Source: Octopus sinensis
Taxonomy: Eukaryota
DNA length: 38,142 nucleotides
Assembly (NCBI RefSeq): GCF_006345805.1
Contig: NW_021831885.1
Span: 1-38,142 of the forward strand
Direction of reading: 5' to 3'
Position numbers and translations under genes: made by a program. Shown piece after piece: positions 11,466 to 23,415 of the stretch. Position 1 is the stretch's first letter, and each line of letters opens with the position of its first letter. The notes under the pieces were generated by a model. That model was not told the DNA's origin. It made no database searches and worked only from the letters and a program-made list of their open reading frames with translations.

Positions 11466-11510
11466 CACACATATTTATATATGTGTGTGTGTAAATATAT
11501 ATATATATAT

Positions 11511-11882
11511 AGGCGCATGGGTGGCTGTGTGGTAAATAGCTTGCTTACCAACCACATGGTTTCAAGTTCAGTCCCACTGCGTGTCACCTCGGGCCGACCA
11601 AAGCCTTGTGAGTGGATTTGGTAGAGGGAAACTGAAAGAAGCCCGTCGTATATATGTATATATATGTATGTGCGTGTATATGTTTGTGTGTCTGTGTTTG
11701 TCCCTTGACAACCGATGATGGCGTGTTTACGTCCCTGTAACTTAGCGGTTCGGCAAAAGACACCGATAGAATATGTACTAGGCTTACAAAGAATAAGTCC
11801 TGTGGTCAATTTGCTCGACTAACGGTGGTGCTCCAGCATGGCTGCAGCCAAATGACTGAAACAAGTAAAAGAGTGAAAGAGT
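11511..11882 (+). mobile_element. SINE family A, near full length (small internal deletion)
   Basis: A-box-like gtggctgtgtgg, B-box-like aagttcagtccc, internal TA/TG tract, 3' end ggtgctccagcatggctgcagccaaatgactgaaacaagtaaaagag. Confidence 0.92.
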
Positions 11883-13041
11883 GTATATATATATAGCATG
11901 CCACGTGATGCTGTGTGGCCTTTTGTTCTGGCTTTTTGAATTCTGAGTGAGATAACGTCGTTACAGCCTGACACTAGTGTGGTCGTAAACAAAGTCCACA
12001 ACCATTCTAGTATCAAGCTGTCTCGGCCTTGTCTTACCTTTGGACATCATTCATAGCATGGAAATGGGACTTACATGCTTAAACAATTGCATCTTCCACA
12101 AAAAGATATATGCCTTGCCATGCGTTTCGAAGAGGAATTTATCAAGTTCAGAAATGCACGGTCAACCATAACAGAAGGTACTAGATTACTTTGTCAACGA
12201 TATCATACGTATGTGTGTGTGTACGTGTGTGAGTTTATGTGTATGTGTGTGTGTTTATGTATGTATGTATGTATTATATATGTATGCGTGTATGTATGTA
12301 TTTATGGATGTATGCATGCTTGCATGCATATTTAGCTCTTCAGCGTGTGACTTTTCCATTTTAGATATTTAATATTATGGAAGAATTACGAAAATTTAAG
12401 TGTTATGTTGCCATTTTAGTGGCAATATTACACTTCTAAATTTAAATAGTTATTTATGTGTCTGGATATGGATTTGGTAATTGACCAATTGGTCTTGAAA
12501 CTGCTTACCTCTATCCATAAGCTACCAAAGATACATAGTGTTGTAGTAGATATGTATCGTTCTTTCTTTTCTTTTTTGCTTCCTTGTCATTTCTAATAGA
12601 GATCATTGCTCAATACACCACACATTTTTGGTAGCAAGACAACTGTATTGGCATATGAGGTTCTTGTACTTGCTTATGTCATGTTCTAATTTTAACTGGG
12701 ACAAAATTATGGAATCGATTGTAGCTCAAATTAACACTGCATACATTAAATATTGGTGGAACTTACCGTTTTGTGAAATAAAGTATATTTATTTTGTGTG
12801 ATGAAGATCGGGAAGTATATTGATATTTAAACTAAATTGTAGATTATTCTACATGATCTTCGATTTTCTGTTTTAATGGTTTCATTGTTCTTTATATAGT
12901 CCCTTGAAAATTTTTTTCAATCTACTTCTATATATGTTGATGTATATTGCACGAAGCAGTTAAAAGATTCTTTGTCGTAAGATGTCAGAGTTCCTTTTAG
13001 TGTAAGATACAAGTAGAAAGGCTGGAGTTTATAAGAATGTA

Positions 13042-14297
13042 TCAGGTCATTCCATAAGTTCTGTCCGGTTTTACCCTTTTAAAATTGAATGAAATTCGAT
13101 AGTATTTTATAATGTCGAATGGAATAAAATGTTACATTTATGCTTTTGTGTACATTTAAACTAATTAAATATTTATAATTAAATATTATTTTACAGAATA
13201 ATAGAATTAAAATGTCTTTGATTAAAACTCTTTCTAACATGGAAGTATCCAAAGTATCCATAATGCTTTATGAGTACAAAAAAGGAAACTCTGCAACCGA
13301 AGCGACTCGAAACATACACTCAGTTTATGGGAAATAATGCTTGAATGAAAGAACTTGCAGAAGATGGTTTGCAAAATTCAGAAGTGGAGATTTCAGCCTT
13401 GAAGATGAAGAAAGAACAGGACGTCCAGTTGAGTTTGATAATAAGCTCCTTGAGACATTACTTGAAGAAAATCCTGTATTATCAGTTGAAGAACTGGCAA
13501 CAAAGCTTAGTTCAAACTACACAACTGTTCACCGTCATCTTCAACAACTTGGAATGGTTCCTAAAGTTGGAAAATGGGTGCCTCGTGAATTGTCCGAAAG
13601 CAACCGCAAATTCCAAGTTGATATCTGCTCTTCTCTCCATTCTCGCAAACTCCTTTCACCCTTTTTGGATAGATTTGTGACTGGTGGCGAAAATGGATCT
13701 TCTATCGAAATGCTAAACGTTGTAAACAGTGGCTTTGTAAAAGGGAAAAAGCCCAACCACAATCGAGAAAAATGGAAAAAAGGTTCTTCTCTCTATTTGG
13801 TGGGATTGCAAAGGAGTAATTCACTTTGAATTGTTACCACCTAATGCAACAATCAATGCTCAAATCTACTGTCAGCAATTAGAGCGTTTGAACCAAGCTT
13901 TAAAGAAAAAAAGACCAACTTTAGTGAATCGAAGAGGAGTGATGTTTCATCGGGACAATGCGCGACACCACACTGCAAAGATCACATCACAGAAGATCGA
14001 AGAGCTTGGTTGGGAAAAAATTCCATATTCACCTTATTCTCCTGGCCTTACTCCTTCAGACTACCATTTGTTTCGTAGTTTACAGAATCTTTGGGGGGAC
14101 ATAACTTTCGCAAGCCAGGAGGAAGTCGAAACAGACAATTCAGAGTTCTTCACTTTCACACCAATAGACTTTTAGATTGATGGGATTAAAATGCTTGTAA
14201 ATAGATGGAAGGAAGTCGATTAAATTTCAATAAATATAATATTTGATCGCTTGTTTTCGTTATTCAAAATTCAGACAGAACTTATGGGATGACGTAA
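13042..14297 (+). mobile_element. Mariner (DD34D-type) transposon with both TIRs and TA target duplication; transposase pseudogene
   Basis: Left TIR tcaggtcattccataagttctgtccg matches right cagacagaacttatgggatgacgtaa; TA at 13040-41 and 14298-99. ATG at 13239, stop at ~13336; motifs RRWFAKFRSGDFSL, WVPREL, DNARHH, YSPGLTPSDYHLF; first catalytic D is degraded (TGGE); frameshifts. Confidence 0.95.
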
Positions 14298-14821
14298 TAC
14301 TAAGACTCGTTAAGTTTTCTGTAAGAATTGTATTTTGTGGAGCTTACATTCGTTTGGGACCATGACTAATAAATTAACTACTTTAATTTTAGTGATGCTG
14401 GTGATTCTTTGAACGTGTCGAAATCTATTCAAGTCTCTTCTAAACTTATCGAGCTTTTATTAAGGAATTAGAATTAATGCATCATCTCTTTAAAACTCTC
14501 AGATTAAGGGATTAAATTTTGTCCTTTGTGATTTTAAGACTATTAAATTAAGTATTTAATTTTTTCTTTTCTCAAAATATGCCAAGTGGTTGTGAAAACG
14601 TTGTACAGCACTGCGTTTGACACAGAATGAATTATCAAAAAAAAAATAACAAAAAGTAACTGCTTAGCGAGCATGATCGTGAAAATATCTATCCCATACT
14701 TGGCCCATTAGTAACAATTTTCCTATTATCTTCATTATATAAATTTGTACATATAAATACTCTGTACATTATTTACATTATTTACTTTCGAGGGATATTT
14801 GTCCTCATCTTGTTTGTTGAT

Positions 14822-14867
14822 AACACAACGTTTCGTCTGACATACGCTCCAGCCTTTTTCAGGTGTC
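14822..14867 (-). ncRNA. Minimal type I hammerhead motif (G8A, one stem II mismatch)
   Basis: GACAC-CUGAAAA-A-GGCUG(10-nt loop)CAGAC-GAAA-CG-UU-GUGUU. Confidence 0.6.
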
Positions 14868-14914
14868 TTGGGGGAAATTTCGAACCTGGGTTCTCATTCC
14901 TAAGGTTTTTTTAT

Positions 14915-14945
14915 GTTGTTGTTATTGTTGTTGTTGTTGTTGTTG

Positions 14946-15001
<56 letters not shown>

Positions 15002-15040
15002 GTTATTATTATTATTATTATCATCATCATTATTATTATT
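14915..15040. repeat. (GTT)/(ATT)n trinucleotide microsatellite inside SINE D copy 1
   Basis: Seen directly; source of the poly-L/I/Y/N ORFs. Confidence 0.97.
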
Positions 15041-15116
15041 CAGGTCACTGTTTGAAACCGAACTCGGAATCTTGGGGTTAGTAGCCCGCGCTCTTAACCA
15101 CAACGCCATATGCCCG

Positions 15117-15380
15117 TGGGTGAAGTGGTTAACAACACAGTCTATTAACTCCAGTTATTTACCCGAGTTCGATTCCATGCAGTGACCTGGACAATAATAA
15201 TAATAACATCGAAAAATACCTTAGGTATGAGAACCCAGGTTCGAAATTTCCCCGTGACACCAGAAGAAGACTGGAGAATATATCAGCCGAAACGTTGTGT
15301 TAACAACAAACAAGCTGAGGACAAATATCCATCGAACGTAAATAATGTACATAATTCCTCCTCTCTTAAATATAGAACTG
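15117..15380 (+). mobile_element. tRNA-headed SINE family D with hammerhead motif, copy 2 (head-to-head with copy 1)
   Basis: tgggtgaagtggttaa (A-box-like)...gagttcgattcc (B box), cagtgacctg, (AAT)n, ccttaggtatgagaacccaggttcgaaatttcccc, hammerhead motif, tail; aligns with copy 1 throughout. Confidence 0.8.
15256..15301 (+). ncRNA. Minimal type I hammerhead motif (U4A, one stem II mismatch)
   Basis: GACAC-CAGAAGA-A-GACUG(10-nt loop)CAGCC-GAAA-CG-UU-GUGUU. Confidence 0.6.
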
Positions 15381-15485
15381 TATAAATACACTGGTTTAAG
15401 TATTGAGATGTGTTTTCCTACTTGTAAAACCGAAAGTACGTATATGAAAATGAGCGTGTACACACAGACAGACACACACACACAC

Positions 15486-15914
15486 TTGTTTCAGTTATTA
15501 GACTGAGGCTATGCTGGGGCACCGCCTCGTATTGTAGTCGTACCAATGGAATTTAGTACTTATCTTTTTTAAGTTTGGTACTTATTCTATCGGAGTCTTT
15601 TGCTGAAACACAAGCTTCAGGGGGCGTTAACACACCGACACCGTTTGTGAAGTAGCGGCAGTGGACAAGCACACACATGTACACGGACGCACACACGCAC
15701 ACAAACACACACACACGCACACATAGAAACGCGCTCGCGTGCACGCACACACATATGTATACGACGGGCTTCTTTCGGTTTCTGTGTTCCACGTCCCCTC
15801 GAAAGGATTTGGTTGGCCCGTAGCTATAGTAGAAAATGCTTGCCCACGGTGCCACGTAGTTAGACTGAACCTGAAACCATATGGATGGGAAGCAAGCTTC
15901 TTGCTACACGGCCA
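15486..15914 (-). mobile_element. SINE family A, diverged full-length copy
   Basis: Reverse complement carries the head (tggccgtgtagcaagaagcttgcttccc...ggttcagtc), an internal CA/TG tract and the 3' ggcggtgccccagcatagcctcagtctaataactgaaacaa. Confidence 0.85.
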
Positions 15915-16675
15915 AGTCTGCACCTACACACACACATACACACACACACGCGCGCGCGCGCGCACACACACACACCCACGCACACATTTATTAGGGAACA
16001 TCAAAGAAATCCATCCTTTAATTTATTATATCAACGCAAGAATACTGAAATGAAAATGTCTATTCCGCTGGTATTTTAACCTTGAACACAAATGACAATA
16101 TCAGTTTTACCATTCCATTTCCCTAATAATCATAAGTAACAATATCCATCATGTTACTTGGTTTCGAACCACTGAGAGTCTTGTTTCCACACATATTTGA
16201 CTAAATTCCTTTCAGTCGATCTTTATTCACACATTTAAAACTACTTTATTCAAAGTGTTCGTTCTTTCTAATGATCTTGCATTGTATCCCAATAATTTCA
16301 GACATATTTGGCTGCTATCTCTGCCAAATCCATGAATCGCATACAGGCTGTATTGTTGCCTCCATGATACAAGGGTCTTCTATGCAATACTTTTTATCTA
16401 TTCTTACAAACAGCCTTAATTACCTACCCCTCTCTCTCTCTCTCTCTCTCTCTCATTGTTTGTCGCTGTCTGTCTCAGTCTCTTTCTCTTTCACACACAG
16501 CACTCTCTCTCTGTCTCACCCTGAAAAGACCAAATCAGTTGCTTTCATGGATTTTCAGACTTATCTAATAATGACGCAATCAGCCATATTCACTTCAAGA
16601 TGCAATCAGTGGCCAGCACGGGAGGTATTCCGACTAATTTCCAGTCTCATAGTAATGTTAAATATCAGTGAAAGA

Positions 16676-16761
<86 letters not shown>

Positions 16762-16763
16762 TA

Positions 16764-17075
16764 TGGGGAAACCCCCTTCGCTCATGAATGACCATGGGAT
16801 TGCATCTAGAAAGTTAGTTACCCTCCGAGGTACAAAAACCAGGCAAGTTTTTATGGAAGGCCAGCTGTCGCCCATGCATACCAGCCTCCCCTCTCCACAT
16901 CACTGATGTTATCCAAGAGAAAGACAAAGGCCGATACAGCGTGGCACCAGTGATGTCGCAACTCATTTCTACAGCTGAGTTAACTGGAGCAACGTGAAAT
17001 AAAGTGTATTGCTCAAGAACACAACACGCAGCTCGGTCCGGGCATCGAACTCACTAACTAACGATCGTAAACTAA
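16764..17075 (-). mobile_element. SINE family C (tRNA-like head, V/Meta-like central domain)
   Basis: B-box-like gagttcgatgccc, then gtgttgtgttcttgagcaatacactttatttcacgttgctccagttaactcagctgtagaaatgag, similar to GTGTCCTTGAGCAAGRCACTT-type SINE cores; flanked by TA tracts. Confidence 0.7.
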
Positions 17076-17151
17076 ATAATATATATATATATATAATTAT
17101 TATTATTATTATTATTATATTATTATTATTATATATATATGATATAAAATT

Positions 17152-17245
<94 letters not shown>

Positions 17246-17252
17246 TACATAT

Positions 17253-17482
17253 ATGAGTACACGACGTTACTAACAGTGCAAATAACAGACACATGACAGA
17301 TAGATAAGGACAGTAATTATAGGGCAAAAACGAGAAAAAGTGGAAAACCGGACAAGTTAATATAGAAAAAGGACCGTTCAACAGTTTTGGGCTTTCTATC
17401 TATTCCTCTTTTCGAGCATTCAAACCACAATATGAGTCTTCAAAGACAATAGCTCACATAAATTCTAAAATAAAATTTAGGA
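17253..17482. repeat. ~240-bp dispersed repeat, copy 1 (direct repeat of 18383-18635)
   Basis: Shares atgagtacacgacgt, caatatgagtcttcaaagaca and cataaattctaaaataaaatttagga; begins at a microsatellite edge. Confidence 0.85.
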
Positions 17483-17943
17483 TTTATGGAGAGTCAAAGT
17501 TGGAAACAAAAAAATAACAATGAGACATACAAGGAAAGTGAACAAAAACAGACATGGAGGGTAGTTAGACCGGAGCGAAAGGAGAATAGTGAACGCTGGG
17601 AACGACATTTTATTGAAAAGAAAAGAGATAGAAGAGAGAGAAAAAAATCCAGTCGTTTAGACAGCCGAGCAAGAAAAGAAAGATGGTCACGTGAGGAAAA
17701 GAAGGATGGGCAATGGTCACGTGTGAGCAACGCAAGAGAGAGAGACAGATGGAGAGAGAGAGCAAGGAAAAGAAGAGAGAGAGACATAGAAAACGGTGAA
17801 AGAGGGAGGTGGAGAAAGGGAATTAGACAACAAAAAACACACACACACACACACAGGTAATCGTTCCGTAAGTCAGGGATGACATTGAAATAAACATGGG
17901 AGAAGCCTTTGAAGACAGAAGACAGTGATAAGGATGAATAACA

Positions 17944-17983
<40 letters not shown>

Positions 17984-18382
17984 TTACTTAGACGCAGCAA
18001 CTGAATTTAGCTCAAATTCTGGGATTTCATTGGTTAAAATTCGAAGAATTCAACTACGTAAAAGTTACAAAATACAATTTTCTCAAAAAAACTAATTGAA
18101 ATTAATGTTTTCTTTTGACACGTTCTACCAGTATACAAAGTTTCAAAATATTTAGTTAAGTATAAATTCTGTCCATCTTTTAGAAAAGATCCAGATGGAG
18201 GAATAAGGAAGCAAAGACATGAGGAAGAAAACAGTACAGTAGAGAGTCGCACAAAAAATGGGTGAAGATAAACTTACTAGAGAATGGATGCGTCTCGTTC
18301 AATTAAATAGATTAATAATATACTATATACATACATACATACATACATACATACATACATACATACATACATACATACATAC

Positions 18383-18635
18383 ATGAGTACACGACGTCAC
18401 CAACGATGCAAATAACATACACACTAGCTATAGATACAAGACGTGGATAGTAATTACGGGACAGAAACGAGTGAACTACGTAAACAGTGAGAAAAATGGA
18501 AAACAGGACAAGGTAACATAGAAGGACTGTTCATCGGCTGTCGGCTGTCTATCTACTCCTCATGTCGATCATTCAAACGACAATATGAGTCTTCAAAGAC
18601 AGTAGCGCCCATAAATTCTAAAATAAAATTTAGGA
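18383..18635. repeat. ~250-bp dispersed repeat, copy 2
   Basis: Aligns with 17253-17482; begins at a (TACA)n edge. Confidence 0.85.
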
Positions 18636-18849
18636 GAGAGGTACGCACATATCTTTATGAAAGAAATGATCTCCAGAAACGCACAGACTTACACACAAGC
18701 ATACATATCACGTTATATACACACATTCTAAATCGCTTGCCTTCCATTCTCATGAAAGTCGCAACATAACTTTACACTAAAAAAAGAAAATATATATTTA
18801 CATATTTTCAGGTACTGAGTCTAGTAATTTTCAAACATGTCCACTTATA

Positions 18850-19012
18850 TTTGTGCCTGTGTTTGTCCCCCCCCCCACTTCCGCTTGACAACCCTTGTTT
18901 GTTTACACCTCCGCAACTTAAGTACTGGGATCTATTCATTCGGGTAAAAGTTTTTCAAGGCGGTGCCACAGCATGGTCGCAGTCTAATGACTGAAAAAAC
19001 TAAAAGATGAAA
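18850..19012 (+). mobile_element. SINE family A, 3' half
   Basis: tgtgtttgtccccc...gcttgacaacc...ggcggtgccacagcatggtcgcagtctaatgactgaaa. Confidence 0.8.
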
Positions 19013-19830
19013 AATAACGTGTGTCTAGGTCTTGCAACTCGCTGTGAGTGGTATGATTGAACCTCAGGCGATGTTGGAAGACGCAAGGTGTTACGAGCTG
19101 CAGCTCGTTGCTTGCAACCCCACCAACACCTTCACGGGCAATAAGTACTTAATGTGCATAAATGTAGGGCCATGCATTCTGAACAGTACCACTTCTTCAT
19201 CTTTAATTCTTTTGGTCCTGGTCCAAGTTCTATACATCACAACGTTGGTAGAAGTTCTGATGTATGTTTTCGCTATATTTCCTCATACACTAACCCTCAC
19301 ATTCATACATACATACATACATACATACATACATACATACATACATACATACATACATACATACATACATACATGCAAACATACATGTATGTACAGGTTT
19401 ATGTAGAAGGACGAAGAGATGGAGAAAGAATAAGTGAGACCCTTCTCGTTAGTTGTCACTTCTAATTAGCCAGAGATTTACAGACAGTAAAAAGATTATG
19501 AGAGAATGAGGTGGGGACAGAAAATATGCGTATGAGCATCATGTGTGTGTGAATGTATTTATATTTATATATATGTGTGTGTGTGTGTGTGCATACACAC
19601 ACACAGACACACACATATATATAATCCTGGGGCATAGAGCGACCCTGTGCCACTTGGCTCCTGCTGAGTCACTTTACCTCTCGCTGTATCAGTTATAGAG
19701 TCGGAAAACGTAAAAGTCAGGAGATGAGGGAATAGGGACAGAGAGAGGGAACTAGGGAGAGATAAAGAAGGTGAATGTATGAGAGAGAGAAAGTGAGAGT
19801 GAGGCATAATAATAATGAGAGTGAAACATA

Positions 19831-20049
19831 TTAATCCTTTCTACAATAAGGACAAGATCTGAATTTTTTACATGGTGAGTATAGCCGATTATATACACTG
19901 CAGTGCTCAACTGGTACTGCTTTTATCGATCCCAAAAGGATGAAATACAAAGTGCATCTCGGCAGAATTTGAAGTCAGAACATTAGGACAGACGAAATGA
20001 CGCTTAGCTTTTTGCCCGGTGTGCTAATGCCTCTGCCAGGATGCTCCTT
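19831..20049 (-). mobile_element. SINE family B, diverged
   Basis: ctggtactgcttttatcgatcccaaaaggatgaaatacaaagtgcatctcggcagaatttgaagtcagaac matches the 29334-29548 copy. Confidence 0.8.
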
Positions 20050-20070
20050 ATGGGTGGATATGATAATTTG

Positions 20071-20253
20071 TTTTCTAATTTTAACACAAGGCCAGAAATT
20101 TGAAGGTAAGGGGCAAATAAATTAAATCGAATGCAGTACTCGTCGTATTTCATCGACTCCGAACGATGAAACACAAAGTCGACCTCGGTGGTATTTTGAA
20201 CCTAAGGCGTAAAGATAGACGAAATGCTGTTACGTATTTTGTCCAGTGTGCTA
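20071..20253 (-). mobile_element. SINE family B, second adjacent copy
   Basis: catcgactccgaacgatgaaacacaaagtcgacctcggtggtattttgaacc...gacgaaatgctgttacgtattttgtccagtgtgcta. Confidence 0.7.
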
Positions 20254-20847
20254 TGGAGTAAGGAATAATAACTCATAGTTTATTATAGGGTCGGGGGTAC
20301 TTTTGCCCGTATTTTTAACGCTGTGATGTTAGTTTTAATGCAAAAAACCGTTTTAACTATGACTGTCAGTTTCTTAACGGTTGTCTATCAAGTGTGTATT
20401 CGTTTCTAAAACAGAAGGGTGTGATTTGAGGGGAACTAGCTGTTATTACTTGTATATCAATTTACTGGCTGTTATTTCTTGCATATCAATTTACTTAATA
20501 GATTGTATGAAAGCTAATTGAATGTGTTGACCTCGGGACGACAACCTTGCCCAAGGTAGGATGTGAAATCAGCAAGACATGCCGATTTGCTACACTGATC
20601 CGAGTTGATTAGACCATCTGCTTCAATGCTATGTCAACTCTATGAACTGATAACACAACAACAACAACAAGGAACTTAGGTTTTGGTAGATTCAATGTCT
20701 AACGTGTGTATACTTGTATACTTGCCTGCAAGATAACATAAGATAACAAACAAGTTATAATAACATACATGACACGTATTTCCTAATTAAGATGGATATT
20801 GCAATTTTCTTAATTATATATGTGTATACACTCACATACATACATAC

Positions 20848-20887
<40 letters not shown>

Positions 20888-21150
20888 ATATATTCTATAT
20901 ATATATATATTCATATACATACAGCAATGAACATATGTATTTATATATATTTAAAGATGCACACTAACAACATAATATATATATATGTATATAAACATTT
21001 CTGTTTATATGTAATGTGTAATTATGAGTACAGACATAGGTACACGTATAGTATAAATATATGTCGCAAATGCATATATACATTATGTATATACATATAT
21101 ATATATATGCATATATGTATATATCTGTATGTAGTTATGTATGAACATTG

Positions 21151-21196
<46 letters not shown>

Positions 21197-21575
21197 TCGC
21201 TGTAAATTCCTACAAGGATGATCCATTGCCTGGTAACATCATTGCAGGGGTAATTACATTGCTTGCCAATACTTCAGTATATTATATAACTCCATACATT
21301 TTCATCAGTACAGTGAATACTTCGTTAAACAGTATATATAATTTTTGTTGGCTGTGTAAACATGCAGTGTGTCATTGTGAATTAACAAAGAAAAGGAACG
21401 TCAAAATGCCAAAAATTCTTCCGTAAAATACGGTCATTTTCGAAAATCTTTCAAGCTGAAATATCAAGAATCGAATTGATAATGCTTTAGTATATCGCAG
21501 TAATAGACATTCTATAATAGACATATTCAAATATAATATGGGTTTGATTTTCACATATATATATATATTTATATC

Positions 21576-21744
21576 CTGAACACGGAAACACGTGGTTGGG
21601 AAGTAAGCTTCTTACTAGACAGCCACATGATTGCGGGTTCAGTCCCACTGCATACCACCTTGAGCAAGTGTCATCTACTATAGCTTCGGGCCGGCCAAAG
21701 CCTTGTGAGTGGATTTGGTAGAGGGAAACTGAAAGAGACCCGTC

Positions 21745-21785
<41 letters not shown>

Positions 21786-22050
21786 TATATATATCATATA
21801 TATAATATATATATATATAGTATATATACGTATATATGTATATATGTATATATGTGTGGGCATATGTTTGTGAGTCTGTGTTTGTCCCCCCCAACGTCGA
21901 TGCTGGTGTGTATATCCCCGTCACATACCGGTTCGGTAAAAAAGACAGATAGAATAAGTACTAGGCTTACAAAGTAAATCCTGAAGTCGATTTTTCGACT
22001 AGAGGCGGTGCTCCAGCAGGCCACAGTCAAATAACAGAAAGAGTAAAGAG
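21576..22050 (+). mobile_element. SINE family A with inverted 5' head
   Basis: 21576-21625 is the reverse complement of the SINE head; the body resumes on + at ccacatgattgcgggttcagtccc and runs to ggcggtgctccagcaggccacagtcaaataacagaaagag. Confidence 0.88.
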
Positions 22051-22052
22051 TG

Positions 22053-22084
<32 letters not shown>

Positions 22085-22112
22085 AATATTCATATATACT
22101 CATATAAATAAG

Positions 22113-22181
<69 letters not shown>

Positions 22182-22197
22182 CCTATATACATATATA

Positions 22198-22233
<36 letters not shown>

Positions 22234-22585
22234 GTGTGTGAGTATGTGTGTGTATACATACGTATAATTAAATATACAACTATCTATCTCTCTCTTCTCT
22301 CTCTATATATATTATATATACGTATTAATATATTTATATATAATATATACAGATATATATATACATATTATAATGTGTGTGCGTGTATTTAACTATCTAT
22401 ACATATATATATGTATATATGTATGTATATATATATACATATATGTATGCATTTATATAAATACATATATATATTTCACACATATATATAATATATATAT
22501 ATACGTATATATAAGATGTGCATATGTATGTATATTAAATATATGAGTATGTATTCGTATATATATAGCTATTTGACATATACAT

Positions 22586-22619
<34 letters not shown>

Positions 22620-22901
22620 CTATATATATACATATATTATATACTATATATATATAATATATATATATTATAGATATATATATATATATATATATCTATA
22701 TATATATATATGATATATACATATATATAAGATCTGCATATGTATATTGTAAAAGATGTATATACTCGTGTTTCAAATGGCCAGCCTTGTCACGTTCTGT
22801 GTCACTCAGAATCTTCCTGCGCTTTTCATGACGATATATGTACGGTATATGTATATACATATACACACTTATATACTTACATACGTACATACATACATAC
22901 A

Positions 22902-22937
<36 letters not shown>

Positions 22938-23335
22938 CATATATACATATACATGTGTGTGCGTGTGTCTGTATATACACACACGCACATGTCTATACAT
23001 CTATATATATATATATATATACGTATACGTATATATGTTCACACTAATGTAAATAGTGATTGCAACTAAATGTCCAATTGTATTCCTTTTTGTTGAATCC
23101 AACTTATTCAGTTTTTTATATAAATCTACACACACACACACACACAGATGTATATATATGCATACATACATACAAACATATATATACATATATACACATA
23201 TATAGCTATATATATAACTATATACCTGTCTATCTATTTATTTATATGCTACCATCTATATAACTATGTGTAATTACATATATTCATAAGTATGTTGTAT
23301 ATATATTTATATGTATGTGATAGTATTCAATAATT

Positions 23336-23393
<58 letters not shown>

Positions 23394-23400
23394 GCATGTA
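22050..23400. repeat. Long degenerate TA/TACA/CA microsatellite field
   Basis: Seen directly; source of the Y/I/H/T-rich ORFs. Confidence 0.9.
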
Positions 23401-23415
23401 TATATATATATATAT

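Larger units (their letters stand above)
14763..15118 (-). mobile_element. tRNA-headed SINE family D with hammerhead motif, copy 1
   Basis: Reverse complement: cgggcatatggcgttgtggttaagagcgcgggctactaaccccaagattccgagttcggtttc (A/B-box-like), (AAT)n/(AAC)n linker, ccttaggaatgagaacccaggttcgaaatttccccc, hammerhead motif, then a tail. Confidence 0.8.

Noticed and set aside
12560-12800. Plus-strand exon after a strong polypyrimidine/AG
   Set aside because: No convincing donor and no recognisable peptide.
15045-15180. Genuine tRNA genes in the SINE D, A, B and C heads
   Set aside because: They have A/B-box-like motifs but no complete acceptor stem or cloverleaf, and they continue into repeat bodies.
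16560-16615. C/EBP-ATF-like sites (tgacgcaatcag, gatgcaatcag) near a minus-strand GTGAG donor
   Set aside because: Short motifs with no associated gene or TSS evidence.
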